This document shows, piece by piece, positions 10,760 to 20,693 of a stretch of DNA of 32,000 nucleotides (the stretch's first letter is position 1; each line of letters opens with the position of its first letter). Source of the stretch: Synechococcus sp. A15-28 (GTDB lineage Bacteria > Cyanobacteriota > Cyanobacteriia > PCC-6307 > Cyanobiaceae); assembly GCF_014280175.1 (NCBI RefSeq), contig NZ_CP047931.1:1440001-1472000 (forward strand). Reading direction: 5' to 3'. Under the pieces are notes generated by a model that saw only the letters and a program-made list of their open reading frames with translations, had not been told where the DNA came from and made no database searches. The translations under genes were made by a program, and so were the position numbers.

Positions 10760-12588
10760 CTAAAGGCCAACCTCCATTCCGCCTCCCGCCAACCAGCGGC
10801 GCTGGACGCGATTGGGCTGGAACCCAAGCCAGGTGCCATCAACAGGACCGAGCCTGCGCTGACGTTGCAGGGCCAACAGGGCCTGGGGCCGAGGCAGCAG
10901 GCGCCAGCGCAGTTGACCGATCCGCAGCAGCATGGGCTGGCCACGGTCCGCGAGCAGCTCCAGGGACAGGCCATCGCTGCGAAGGCGCTGACCAAAGGCA
11001 AGACCGGCGCGACCCTGATGGGGGGCGACCACGCGATGCCCGAGCCCCTGCCAGCAGGCCATCACCTCACTGGCTACAGGATCCAGCAGCAACACCCAGT
11101 CCAGGCGCCCATGGCCATGGCCCGCCGCCAGGCGGCGGGCCATCCGGCAACTGCTGGCACCAGCGGTCAGACTGACCAGAGCAGCGCGGCCCTGATGCCG
11201 GGCCAACAGCCAGTGCTGCCGGCCGCGTTGAACTGCCACTACGCCATCCGCCAGCTGAACACGCCCGTGCACCAGCACGGCCATCAGCACGGATATCAGT
11301 GCTGCCGGCCGCGTTGAACTGCCACTACGCCATCCGCCAGCTGAACACGCCCGTGCACCAGCACGGCCATCAGCACGGATATCAGTCCCATCCGGCGCCA
11401 ACGCCCCCCTTCGAGCAACAACCAGGGCAGCAGGCCGATCACCAGCAACGCCACCACCCAGGGCTGGGGGTGACCGGTGAGCAACCGCGCAGCGGGCCAG
11501 TGGCTGATCCAGCGCACCATGGCGATCAACAGAGCGGCCAACTGCGCCACGGGCCAGGCCAGCAGCTGCAGGGCCGCCGCGGGCAACACCAGTGACGCCA
11601 GAGCCAGACCCATCGCGGAGAGGGTCAAGGGAGCCAGCAGCGGAGCCGCCAACAGGTTGGCCAGCAGGGCGTAGAGGGGAGCCGAGCCGAAGTGGAGCAG
11701 CTGCAGTGGCAGGGTCCAGGCCATCGCAGCGAGGGGAACCGCCAAAGCTGGTGCCAACCACCCGAGCCGCCTCGGCAAGCGCTCCGCCCACCACCGCTCC
11801 AGGCCAGGGGCCGTGAGGATCAACCCTGCCGTCGCGGCAGCGCTGAGCTGGAAACCGATCGAGCGGGCCCAGGCGGGATGCAGCAGCAGCATCAGGCTGA
11901 GGGTGAGCAGCAACACCCCGAAACCGCGGCTGCGTTCGCCGGACTCGCGGATCAGCAACGCCGTGGCCCCCATCAGCACGGCCCGCACCACCGATGGTTG
12001 GGCTCCAGCGCAGATCAAAAAGATCAACATCGCCAACGCCGCGAAGGCCAGTCGCAGGGAACGCCCCAGACAGCGACCCAGCGCCAGGGAAGCCCCCATC
12101 AGCACCGAGAGGTGGAAGCCTGAGGCCGCCAGGGCATGGGATAAGCCAGCAACCCGGAAGGCCTTGCGCAGATCATCGGGAAGCTGCACCTGGGCACTGC
12201 CCAGCACCAGCGCCGCCAGCAGCCCGCCTCGCTGGGCACCTGCCGCGGCCTGAAGACGGTCAGCGATCCGCCGCCGCAGATCAGCGATGGGCGTCCAGGG
12301 ACGATCAAGCACCTCGATGCGTGATGCACGCAGCTGGCTCCAGCTGCCCCTGGCCGCCAACCGTTCCGCCGGACCAGGCAGCAGGGGGTGAACACCGGCA
12401 GCAGGGCGTTTCAGCTGCCCGCGAACACGAATGCGCCAACCCTGGCGGGGTGGATCCGGGCAAGGACGGAGCTGAAGTTCCGTGCGTCCCGGACGGCGAA
12501 TCCCATCGAGCCACTCCACCGCCACAAGGGCGGAGCAGGCGTGATCAAACCGACGAGCATCCGCCAGCAGCCTGCCGGTCAGCTGCAC
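10760..12588 (-). pseudogene. comEC: DNA internalization competence protein ComEC/Rec2, reading frame broken by an 86-bp tandem duplication
   Basis: The N-terminal ORF (11296-12588) carries the competence-domain motif GLSHALAASGFHLSVLMG and many TM helices, and ends ...VAVQRGRQH-TGA. ORF 10760-11794 repeats ISVLMAVLVHGRVQLADGVVAVQRGRQH in another frame and continues WLLARHQG... to the stop at 10760. Deleting one 86-bp repeat copy fuses the two ORFs in frame. Confidence 0.8.
11211..11386. repeat. Perfect direct tandem duplication, 2 x 86 bp plus 4 bp (CAGT) of a third unit
   Basis: By direct reading, 11211-11296 and 11297-11382 are identical base for base (cagtgctgccggccgcgttgaactgcc...cagcacggatat). 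The next 4 nt (cagt) repeat the start of the unit. Confidence 0.95.
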
Positions 12589-12738
12589 GGGCGACCGCTG
12601 CTGTTGGATTGCCCTGGATGGATCAGATGATGGCGGCAGAGGTGCGCCCCAGAGCAGCCCCCGCAGCAGCAGGGTCAGGCAGAGCAGCAGTGCGCAGGTC
12701 TGAACGGAGGGGAAACGGAGCAGAGGGCGTCAAGCCGC

Positions 12739-13620
12739 TTACGCAAGCGTTCCCCCCTTCAGCAGGGGGAAGCCCAGCTCTTCCCGCTCCGCCAGCCAGG
12801 CTTCCGCCACCTTGCGGGCCAGGGTGCGGATCCGACCGATGGTGGCGGTGCGTTCGGTGACGGAGATCACGCCGCGGGCCTCCAACAGGTTGAAGGTGTG
12901 GCTGCACTTGAGCACGAAGTCCAGGGCTGGTGCCGGCAGCTTCTTCTCGATCAGATCAGAGGCCTCGGCTTCATAGATGGCGAACAGCTGCTTCAGCCTT
13001 TCTGGATCAGAGCCCTCGAAGTTGAAGTGGCACTGAGCCTTTTCAAAGGGCAGCCAGATGTCGCCGTAGTTGCGCTCCGCGTTCCAGCTCAGATCCCAGA
13101 TGCTTTCCACATCCTGGAGGTACATGGCCAGCCGCTCGAGGCCATAGGTGATTTCAATCGACACCGGCTTGCAGTCGATCCCGCCGCATTGCTGGAAATA
13201 GGTGAACTGCGTCACCTCCATCCCATCGAGCCACACCTCCCAGCCCACACCCCAGGCTCCAAGGGTGGGGGATTCCCAGTTGTCCTCCACAAAACGGATG
13301 TCATGGTCCGCCGCCTTGATGCCCAGGGCTTCCAGCGACGCGAGATAGGTCTCCTGGATACCGTCTGGGGAGGGCTTGATCAGTACCTGGAACTGGAAGT
13401 AGTGCTGGGCCCGGTTGGGGTTGTCGCCGTAGCGGCCATCGGTCGGGCGGCGACAGGGCTCGGGGTATGCCACAGCCCAGGGCTCGGGACCGATCGCCCG
13501 CAGCACCGTATGGGGACTCATGGTGCCGGCCCCTTTCTCGGTGTCGTAGGGCTGCAGCAGCAGGCATCCCTGATCCGCCCAGAAGCGGTTGAGGGTGCTG
13601 ATGATGTCCTGAAAATGCAC
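12739..13620 (-). CDS. glyQ: Glycine--tRNA ligase alpha subunit
   Basis: [36 protein letters not shown]...[16 protein letters not shown]...QVLIKPSP is canonical GlyQ. The ORF is open to 13692, but the family N-terminus fits the GTG at 13618-13620. Confidence 0.92.
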   Translation of the reverse strand: MHFQDIISTLNRFWADQGCLLLQPYDTEKGAGTMSPHTVLRAIGPEPWAVAYPEPCRRPTDGRYGDNPNRAQHYFQFQVLIKPSPDGIQETYLASLEALGIKAADHDIRFVEDNWESPTLGAWGVGWEVWLDGMEVTQFTYFQQCGGIDCKPVSIEITYGLERLAMYLQDVESIWDLSWNAERNYGDIWLPFEKAQCHFNFEGSDPERLKQLFAIYEAEASDLIEKKLPAPALDFVLKCSHTFNLLEARGVISVTERTATIGRIRTLARKVAEAWLAEREELGFPLLKGGTLA

Positions 13621-13745
13621 TGCGAACCGGAGGTGCCTGGGGGTTGATTCTGCCCAGAAGGTCAGCCCCCCCTGCCAAACGGACGTGGCCATCCCGTCCG
13701 TGCCAACTGGCCGAGCTGCCTGAGGCGGGTGGAGCTTCGCAGACC

Positions 13746-14096
13746 TCAGCTCTTCAAGGCCAGGCAGCGGTGCAGGTGGGCAATGGCGTGGTGGCGATGG
13801 GGGTTGCTGCCGTTCGGTCCGATCAACCCGAGCCAGAAACTGCCATCCCCCTGGAACACCAGCACCGGCTTGGCGCCGCCCTTGCCGTGGGATTCCAGCA
13901 ACGACATGCAGAGCTTTTCGGCCACTTCATGCCCCTTGGGACGCTGCCTCAAGCGCCGGAGCAGGGGATCCACCTGGGAGAACGAGACAAAGCTGGCGCG
14001 GGCTGAGTCGGTGACCAGGATCAGACCATCGAGCCACTGCACCTCCTGAAGCAACTCCTCAATGGTGGGAAGCAGCGTCGGGAGCGGGAAGGCCAC
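13746..14096 (-). CDS. Hypothetical protein
   Basis: The ORF is open to 14168, but 14100-14170 contains an AT-rich, non-coding-looking stretch (cttaaacttgtctttagattta). I therefore prefer the GTG at 14094-14096 as the start. No family recognised. Confidence 0.45.
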   Translation of the reverse strand: MAFPLPTLLPTIEELLQEVQWLDGLILVTDSARASFVSFSQVDPLLRRLRQRPKGHEVAEKLCMSLLESHGKGGAKPVLVFQGDGSFWLGLIGPNGSNPHRHHAIAHLHRCLALKS

Positions 14097-14171
14097 AGCA
14101 GACCTCGTCTTAAACTTGTCTTTAGATTTACGACACCAACAGGCTGTGTCGCAAGCGACGCAGAACAAGCT

Positions 14172-14873
14172 TCATCGTTCCAACAGCAGCATTCCCATCT
14201 GACCTGCCACCAGGGTGTGGTGCCGGGCCTGGGAAAACCCCGACTCGAGAGCCATGCGCTCCTGAGCTGAGCCATCGGGGAAGCGTTTCAGGCTCTCCTC
14301 CAGATAGGCGTACTCCTCCTTAAGGCCAGCTGCAGAGGCCACCGGCACCACAAGCCGACGCAGATAAAAGCGCTGAAAGCTTGCGGCAGGTCCTGACGTC
14401 GTCAAGCGATTGAAATCGAGCACACCAGCCCGTCGCCCCGGTTTCAACAGGCGGGCCATCTCCACCAGCCCCGCCGCTGGATCCTTGAGATTGCGCAGGC
14501 CATAGGCCATCACAATTCCATCGGCGGAGGCATCCGGCAGCCCCGTTGCCAAGGCATCTCCCTGCTGGAACGCAACATTCAGCCAGGGTTGACGGCGTTG
14601 ACGCTGCCGCGCGAGCTCCAGGGGTGCCGCGGCAGCATCCAGACCCAGCACTGAGCCAGCTGGCCTCACGCGGCGCGCCAGCTCCAGGGCAAGATCCCCC
14701 GTCCCGCAGCAGAGATCAAGCCAGGTCTCTCCCGCTGCGGGCCTGAGGAAGCACTGCAACTGTCGCTTCCACTGACGATGCAGCCCCAGACTCAACAGGT
14801 CATTGAGTTGGTCGTAGCGGGAGGCGACCGAATCGAACAACTGCTCAACCGCAGCGGGATCTCCTGGTTTCAC
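14172..14873 (-). CDS. menG: Demethylphylloquinone / demethylmenaquinone methyltransferase (UbiE/MenG family)
   Basis: [21 protein letters not shown] plus the SAM-binding [11 protein letters not shown] motif and AYGLRN. Its GTG start overlaps the hisF stop (GTGA). Confidence 0.85.
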   Translation of the reverse strand: MKPGDPAAVEQLFDSVASRYDQLNDLLSLGLHRQWKRQLQCFLRPAAGETWLDLCCGTGDLALELARRVRPAGSVLGLDAAAAPLELARQRQRRQPWLNVAFQQGDALATGLPDASADGIVMAYGLRNLKDPAAGLVEMARLLKPGRRAGVLDFNRLTTSGPAASFQRFYLRRLVVPVASAAGLKEEYAYLEESLKRFPDGSAQERMALESGFSQARHHTLVAGQMGMLLLER

Positions 14874-15640
14874 GGCCGAATCGACAGACCTCGCTGCAGC
14901 AGATCCTGTTTGATCTCCTCCACCGTGAGAACACCGTCATGCAGCAGTGAGGCCAGCAGCGCTGCCGAGGCATGCCCTCCCCCCGGCCCTGTCTCAAGGG
15001 CCTGGGCGATGTGGTCGATGCAGCCGGCCCCACCGGAGGCGATCACCGGCACCGGCACCGCATCCGCCACTGCTCGGGTGAAGGCAAGGTCGTAGCCGGC
15101 CTGGGTGCCATCGCCATCCATGGAGGTGAGCAGAATTTCGCCGGCACCGAGCTCCGCCACCCTCCGCGCCCAATCCACCGCATCCAGCCCGGTATTCTCG
15201 CGCCCTCCCTTGACGTAGACATCCCAGCCATCGCCATCCCGCTTGCGGGCATCGATGGCCACAACAATGCACTGGCAGCCGAAGCGATCAGCCCCCTCGC
15301 GCACCAACTCGGGACGGCGCACGGCGGAGGAGTTCAAGCTGACCTTGTCGGCCCCGGCGCGCAGCAGATCCGTGATGCCGTCAACCGTGGAAATGCCTCC
15401 GCCCACGGTGAAGGGAATCGTGACCGATTCGGCGGTGCGCCGCACCATATCGATCAGGGTGCCGCGTCCTTCATGGCTGGCGGCGATGTCGAGGAACACC
15501 AGCTCGTCTGCGCCGGCTCCGCTGTAGCGACAGGCCAGTTCCACAGGATCCCCGGCATCGCGAAGACCGACGAAGTTGACGCCCTTCACCACCCGTCCGC
15601 GGGCGACATCCAGGCAGGGAATCAGGCGGAGAGCGACCAT
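14870..15640 (-). CDS. hisF: Imidazole glycerol phosphate synthase, cyclase subunit
   Basis: [19 protein letters not shown]...DELVFLDI...PFTVGGGI...GADKVSLNS...SGGAG is canonical HisF. Confidence 0.95.
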   Translation of the reverse strand: MVALRLIPCLDVARGRVVKGVNFVGLRDAGDPVELACRYSGAGADELVFLDIAASHEGRGTLIDMVRRTAESVTIPFTVGGGISTVDGITDLLRAGADKVSLNSSAVRRPELVREGADRFGCQCIVVAIDARKRDGDGWDVYVKGGRENTGLDAVDWARRVAELGAGEILLTSMDGDGTQAGYDLAFTRAVADAVPVPVIASGGAGCIDHIAQALETGPGGGHASAALLASLLHDGVLTVEEIKQDLLQRGLSIRP

Positions 15641-15696
15641 CGATCCGGCGCAAAAGCGACTGTTAGGGTTGCGCCACTATCCAAGCCTTGCAGGCC

Positions 15697-15912
15697 ATGT
15701 CCCAGGCTGCGTCGATCAACATCGGCTCCAAGATCCGTGTCACCCGTGTTCGTGATCGGATTCCCCAAAGTCTGGTGGACCTGCTGAAAGCTGATGCCAG
15801 CGGAACGGTGAAGGAATTCCGCACCGTCGACGGCCAGGGCATCGGTGTGGTGGTGGAGCTGAGTGATGGCTCCACCAACTGGTTTTTCGAAGACGAAATC
15901 GCAGCAGCCTGA
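15697..15912 (+). CDS. Small conserved-looking hypothetical protein (71 aa)
   Basis: ATG inside ORF 15688-15912, with coding-like composition, directly upstream of chlG. I am not confident of the family assignment. Confidence 0.5.
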   Translation: MSQAASINIGSKIRVTRVRDRIPQSLVDLLKADASGTVKEFRTVDGQGIGVVVELSDGSTNWFFEDEIAAA

Positions 15913-15923
15913 GGACAACTCCT

Positions 15924-16877
15924 GTGAGTGACGCACGCCAGCTGCTGGGCATGAAAGGTGCCTCCGGCACCACCAACATCTGGAAGCTGCGGCTGCAGCT
16001 GATGAAACCGGTCACCTGGATCCCGCTCATCTGGGGTGTGATCTGCGGCGCCGCGGCCAGTGGCAACTACCAGTGGAAACTGGATCACGTGCTTGCGGCC
16101 TTCGCCTGCATGTTGATGAGCGGTCCTCTGCTGGCGGGTTTCACCCAGACCATCAACGACTACTACGACCGAGACATCGACGCCATCAACGAGCCCTACC
16201 GGCCGATCCCATCCGGCGCGATTCCCCTGGGCCAGGTGAAGCTGCAGATCTGGCTGCTGCTGATCGCGGGTCTGGCGGTGTCCTACGGCCTCGATCTCTG
16301 GGCCGGCCACAGCACTCCCGTGGTGTTCCTGCTGGCTCTGGGGGGATCCTTTGTCAGTTACATCTATTCAGCACCACCGCTGAAGCTCAAGCAGAACGGC
16401 TGGCTGGGGAACTATGCCCTCGGTGCCAGCTACATCGCCCTGCCCTGGTGGGCCGGCCAGGCCCTGTTCGGCCAGCTCACCTGGAGCACAGCGCTGCTGA
16501 CCCTGGCCTACAGCCTCGCGGGTCTGGGCATTGCCGTGGTGAACGACTTCAAAAGCGTTGAGGGTGATCGCGAACTGGGGCTTCAGTCCTTACCCGTTGT
16601 GTTCGGAATCAAAACAGCCAGTTGGATCAGCGCCGGAATGATCGACATTTTCCAGTTGGCGATGGTTGCCGTTCTCATTGCCATCGGTCAGCATTTCGCT
16701 GCGGTCCTGATGGTGCTGTTGATCGTTCCCCAGATCATCTTCCAGGACATCTGGTTGCTGCGGGACCCAGTGGAATTTGACGTCAAATACCAGGCCAGCG
16801 CTCAACCCTTCCTGGTGCTCGGCATGCTGGTGACCGCTCTGGCCGTCGGCCACAGTCCACTCACTCAGCTGATGTGA
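15924..16877 (+). CDS. chlG: Chlorophyll a synthase (UbiA prenyltransferase family)
   Basis: LQLMKPVTWIPLIWGVICGAAASG and NDYYDRDIDAINEPYRPIPSG, in a multi-TM protein. Confidence 0.92.
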   Translation: MSDARQLLGMKGASGTTNIWKLRLQLMKPVTWIPLIWGVICGAAASGNYQWKLDHVLAAFACMLMSGPLLAGFTQTINDYYDRDIDAINEPYRPIPSGAIPLGQVKLQIWLLLIAGLAVSYGLDLWAGHSTPVVFLLALGGSFVSYIYSAPPLKLKQNGWLGNYALGASYIALPWWAGQALFGQLTWSTALLTLAYSLAGLGIAVVNDFKSVEGDRELGLQSLPVVFGIKTASWISAGMIDIFQLAMVAVLIAIGQHFAAVLMVLLIVPQIIFQDIWLLRDPVEFDVKYQASAQPFLVLGMLVTALAVGHSPLTQLM

Positions 16878-18979
16878 ACCGTTCCCGTCTGCATTGGGCC
16901 CTCATCGCCGCTGCTGCAGCGGGTGTGGGCATCGGTGCCGCTCTCGGAACACGGGCGCTGACCAAGCTGATCGATACGGCCCTGCCGGATGCCCGCGGCA
17001 TCGCCAACTTCAACCGTCCTGGAACGATCACCCTGCTGTCCACACGGGGGCGCATCATCCAGAAACTGGGACCGGCCACCCGCGACAAGCTCGAGCCGGG
17101 GTCCATGCCTCTGCTGGTGCAGCAGGCCTTCATCGCCGCTGAAGACCGCCGCTTCTTTGACCATGACGGGGTCGATGGCTGGGGGATTGCCCGGGCCGTG
17201 GTCACCAATGTCCGGCAGGGCTCGGTGCGGGAAGGCGCCAGCACCATCACCCAGCAGCTGGCCCGCACCGTTTTTCTCAGCCAAGACCGCACCATTATTC
17301 GAAAGCTCAAGGAAGCAGCCTTGGCCTTGAAGCTGGAACGTCAGCTGAGCAAGCAGCAGATCCTTGAGCAATACCTCAACTTCGTGTACCTCGGATCCGG
17401 TGCCTACGGCGTGGCGGATGCCGCCTGGAACTACTTCTCCAAGTCCCCAGACCAGCTCACGCTGCCGGAAGCTGCTCTGATCGCGGGTCTCCCCCCGGCA
17501 CCTTCGGTCTACTCGCCCCTGGTGAACCCGGAGCTGGCCCGGCAGCAACGATCCATCGTGCTGGAGCGAATGCTTCAGGAGGGCTTCATCACCAGCGCCT
17601 CGGCCTCGGCAGCAAAAAACTCTCCTCTCAATCTCAAACCGGCCACACCGAAATACTTCAACAGCGCAGCCCCATTCTTCACCGGCTGGGTGGCCCAGGA
17701 ACTTCCCAAAATCGTCACCCAGGAACAGCTGGAAGTGGGCGGCCTCAAGGTGCGCACCAGCCTCAACCTCGACTGGCAGAGAAAAGCCCAGCAGGTCATT
17801 CGTGAGTACGCCCCCTCTGATACAGAAGGGGCCCTGGTCACCATCCAACCGGGCACCGGTCTGGTGCGCGCCATGGTGGGAGGCAAGAGCTTCAAAGACA
17901 GTCAGTTCAACCGTGCCACCCAGGCTCTGCGGTCGCCCGGGTCGACCTTCAAGCTCTTCCCCTACGCGGCAGCCATCGACCGAGGCATCAGACCCGAGGA
18001 TATCTTTATGGATTCGCCCCGCTGCTGGCGGGGCTACTGCCCGAAGAACTTCGGCGCCAAGTACTTCGGACCGGTCTCCCTTGCCGACGCTCTCAAGAAC
18101 TCACTTAACACCGTTGCGGTGCAACTGCAGGACCGAGTGGGTTTCGACGCCATTATCGAAACCGCCAACGGCTTTGACATCGGGACCACCCGCCCCCTCG
18201 GGAAGTACTACCCGATGGCGATCGGTGCCTACGAGCAGACGATCCTTGAGATGGCCGCGGCCTATGCCGGTGTGACGAACCGTGGAGTGTTCGTGCAACC
18301 GACACCATTTGAGGAGATCCGCGGTCCGAAGGATGGACTGATCTGGAGTCGCCGCCTGGATGGCGATCGCGGCCGTCGCGCCCTGGACAGTGATGTCGCC
18401 GATGCCATGAACTGGATGCTGCAACGGGTCGTGACCGGTGGTACAGGCATCGCCGCCAAGCTAGAAAACCGAGCTGTGGCGGGCAAAACCGGAACCTCAG
18501 AAGGCGCCCGCGACCTCTGGTTCATCGGATCGATACCGCAGCTCACAACAGCTGTTTGGTTCGGGTACGACAACAACAAAGAGACCAAGAGCAACAGCGG
18601 GGAAGCCGCCTGGGCCTGGAAGCAATTCATGCTGCAGATCGAGGACGAGTTTCCTCTGCAGCCGTTCCCAGCCAAACCTGTGCTGAACCGCAAGTTCGAA
18701 CCACCTGGCAAGCCCAAACCAAAGACAACAGACAAAAAAGTCCCGTACCGCGGCTACGACTACGCGCCGAAGCCGATCTACACAGCTCCACGCTGGGAAC
18801 CCGACCCATCCATGGCCCCGGTGCCGTTCACAACTCCCGAATCTGCTTCGACATCGGCACCCCAACCTCGGATCGCGCCAACTCCAGCGCCAATCTCTCG
18901 ACCCGAACCACCGCGTGAGCCTCAGGCTGAGGTGAACGGTCGCCGCAACTGGCTCAAACCCCAGATTCAACGGCGCTGA
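16874..18979 (+). CDS. Class A penicillin-binding protein (bifunctional transglycosylase/transpeptidase)
   Basis: GT51 motifs EDRRFFDHDGVD, GASTITQQLAR and RKLKEA. Transpeptidase motifs STFK, SLN and KTGT. Pro-rich C-terminal tail. Its GTG start overlaps the chlG stop. Confidence 0.92.
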   Translation: MNRSRLHWALIAAAAAGVGIGAALGTRALTKLIDTALPDARGIANFNRPGTITLLSTRGRIIQKLGPATRDKLEPGSMPLLVQQAFIAAEDRRFFDHDGVDGWGIARAVVTNVRQGSVREGASTITQQLARTVFLSQDRTIIRKLKEAALALKLERQLSKQQILEQYLNFVYLGSGAYGVADAAWNYFSKSPDQLTLPEAALIAGLPPAPSVYSPLVNPELARQQRSIVLERMLQEGFITSASASAAKNSPLNLKPATPKYFNSAAPFFTGWVAQELPKIVTQEQLEVGGLKVRTSLNLDWQRKAQQVIREYAPSDTEGALVTIQPGTGLVRAMVGGKSFKDSQFNRATQALRSPGSTFKLFPYAAAIDRGIRPEDIFMDSPRCWRGYCPKNFGAKYFGPVSLADALKNSLNTVAVQLQDRVGFDAIIETANGFDIGTTRPLGKYYPMAIGAYEQTILEMAAAYAGVTNRGVFVQPTPFEEIRGPKDGLIWSRRLDGDRGRRALDSDVADAMNWMLQRVVTGGTGIAAKLENRAVAGKTGTSEGARDLWFIGSIPQLTTAVWFGYDNNKETKSNSGEAAWAWKQFMLQIEDEFPLQPFPAKPVLNRKFEPPGKPKPKTTDKKVPYRGYDYAPKPIYTAPRWEPDPSMAPVPFTTPESASTSAPQPRIAPTPAPISRPEPPREPQAEVNGRRNWLKPQIQRR

Positions 18980-20301
18980 AGCACGGCGGCATAGAAACCA
19001 TCACCACCGGTCTCAGCATCGGGCCAGCGCTGGGTCTCCTCAAGCAGCTTGAGCTCGGTGTGATGTTGCAGCAGCCCATGGATCTGAGCCGTGTTCTCCG
19101 CCGGGTGAATCGTGCAGGTGGCGTAGACCAGGGTTCCGGTCTCAGCCAGCAGTGGCAACAGCCCCTCCAACAGGGATTTCTGAAGGGGCAACAGGCCCTC
19201 AATCGCAGCGGGTGTCATACGCCAACGCGCATCGGGATGACGGGCCAGGGTGCCCAATCCGGAGCAGGGGGCGTCGATCAGGATCCGCTGGAAATGGCTG
19301 CGCCACTGGGGGCGGTCCTCCAGCAGCTGTTCGGCATCCGCCGCCAGGGCCTGAATCGAGCCATGGCCGAGCCGGGCGGCATTGGCCGCCACCCGTTGCA
19401 AGCGACCGGCCGAGCGGTCCACCGCCCAGATCTCAGCCTGATCCTTCACCAGTTCCGCGAGGTGGGTGGTCTTTCCACCAGGGGCGGCACAGGCATCCAG
19501 GATTCGATCTCCGGGCTGCGCAGCCAGCAGCGGCGCCACCCACTGGGCCGCCCGATCCTGAACACACCAATGGCCCTCCTCATAGCCGGGCCAGCTGCGT
19601 AGATCCCCCCTGTGCCCGTCCACCTGCAAACCATGGAGACAACCCTCGAGGGGATGACTGCTGATGCCGGCACTCGCCAGGGCAGCCATGACCTCCGCCC
19701 TGGACGCCCGCAGTGGATTCACCCGCAGATCAAGGCAGGGCACCAGGTTGCAGGCGGTCGCCACGGCGGCAGCCCCCTCCTCCCCCCGCCACTCCAGCAG
19801 CAGCGGCGGCAACCAGTCCGGAAGCGAGTGCTCGAGGGCGAGGGCAGCAGCCCACTCGGAGGGTGTGTCCAACCCTTGGCCGGACTCCCGAGCCCGCAGC
19901 GCAGAACGCAGCATGCCGTTGACCACGGGGGCCAGACGGGCCAAACCAACGGCTTTCGCCAGATCCACGGCTGTGTTCACCGCAGCGGAGGCGGGAATGC
20001 GCTCCATCCAGAACAGCTGGTACAGCCCCACGTGCAGAAGCCAACGCAACTTGGGCGGTTGCTTCAAAGCGGGAATCTTGCCCAGACGATCCAGCCAGGC
20101 ATCCAGGGGTCGCCGCCGTCGGATCGCTCCGTAGGCCAGCTCCGTCGCCAGGCCCCGATCGGCGCCCGTCAGATGATGCTCCCGCAGGGCCCGTTCCAAA
20201 GCAACATCGGCATAGGCCCCCGCCGCCACCGCCTGCAGCACCTCCCAGGCGAGCCTCCGTGGTGCCAGTCCTTTGGTTTGCGGCTGTGTCAATCCAGTCA
20301 A
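18967..20301 (-). CDS. rsmB: 16S rRNA (cytosine-C5)-methyltransferase RsmB/Sun
   Basis: NusB-like N-terminus followed by LDACAAPGGKT, IDAPCSGLGT and YATCT motifs. The start is a TTG, so it is uncertain. Confidence 0.88.
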   Translation of the reverse strand: MTGLTQPQTKGLAPRRLAWEVLQAVAAGAYADVALERALREHHLTGADRGLATELAYGAIRRRRPLDAWLDRLGKIPALKQPPKLRWLLHVGLYQLFWMERIPASAAVNTAVDLAKAVGLARLAPVVNGMLRSALRARESGQGLDTPSEWAAALALEHSLPDWLPPLLLEWRGEEGAAAVATACNLVPCLDLRVNPLRASRAEVMAALASAGISSHPLEGCLHGLQVDGHRGDLRSWPGYEEGHWCVQDRAAQWVAPLLAAQPGDRILDACAAPGGKTTHLAELVKDQAEIWAVDRSAGRLQRVAANAARLGHGSIQALAADAEQLLEDRPQWRSHFQRILIDAPCSGLGTLARHPDARWRMTPAAIEGLLPLQKSLLEGLLPLLAETGTLVYATCTIHPAENTAQIHGLLQHHTELKLLEETQRWPDAETGGDGFYAAVLQRR

Positions 20302-20304
20302 CCC

Positions 20305-20658
20305 TCAGGATCCAGACATAGCTTCCGGCCGCCAAAGCCGTTCCTTCAACGGCAAACGCCCCTCTTCATCCACCGGCACCCCTTCCGCTAGCAGCAGCTC
20401 CCGTTGGATCCAATCGCTGCCCTCGCGACTGAGGCTCATCGAAATGCGCCCCTGGGCATTCACCACCCGATGCCAGGGCACCTCAGTGGGCAATTTCAGC
20501 CGCCGCAAGGCCCAGCCCACCTGCCGGGCGCAGCCATAGGCGCCGATCAGATCAGCGATCTGTCCGTAGGTGGCCAGGCGGCCATGGGGGATGCGAGACA
20601 CCGTCACCCACACGCGCTGATCAAAAGGGCCCTCCACCGAGCAAAGCAGCCTCAGCAA
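20305..20658 (-). CDS. Alkyltransferase-like (ATL) protein of the MGMT DNA-binding domain family
   Basis: VSRIPHGRLATYGQIA helix-turn-helix region, with VPWHRVV in place of the PCHRV active site. The start (TTG 20658 or the GTG 21 nt downstream) is uncertain. Confidence 0.8.
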   Translation of the reverse strand: MLRLLCSVEGPFDQRVWVTVSRIPHGRLATYGQIADLIGAYGCARQVGWALRRLKLPTEVPWHRVVNAQGRISMSLSREGSDWIQRELLLAEGVPVDEEGRLPLKERLWRPEAMSGS

Positions 20659-20693
20659 TCTCGGCCAACGTAGGCCGACACGTCAGAACGTTG

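Noticed and set aside
10760-11794. The upstream part (about 11383-11794) of the 344-aa ORF, which could be read as an independent gene overlapping comEC.
   Set aside because: Only the portion downstream of the 86-bp duplication matches the ComEC continuation. The upstream part is the out-of-frame shadow of the comEC N-terminal half.
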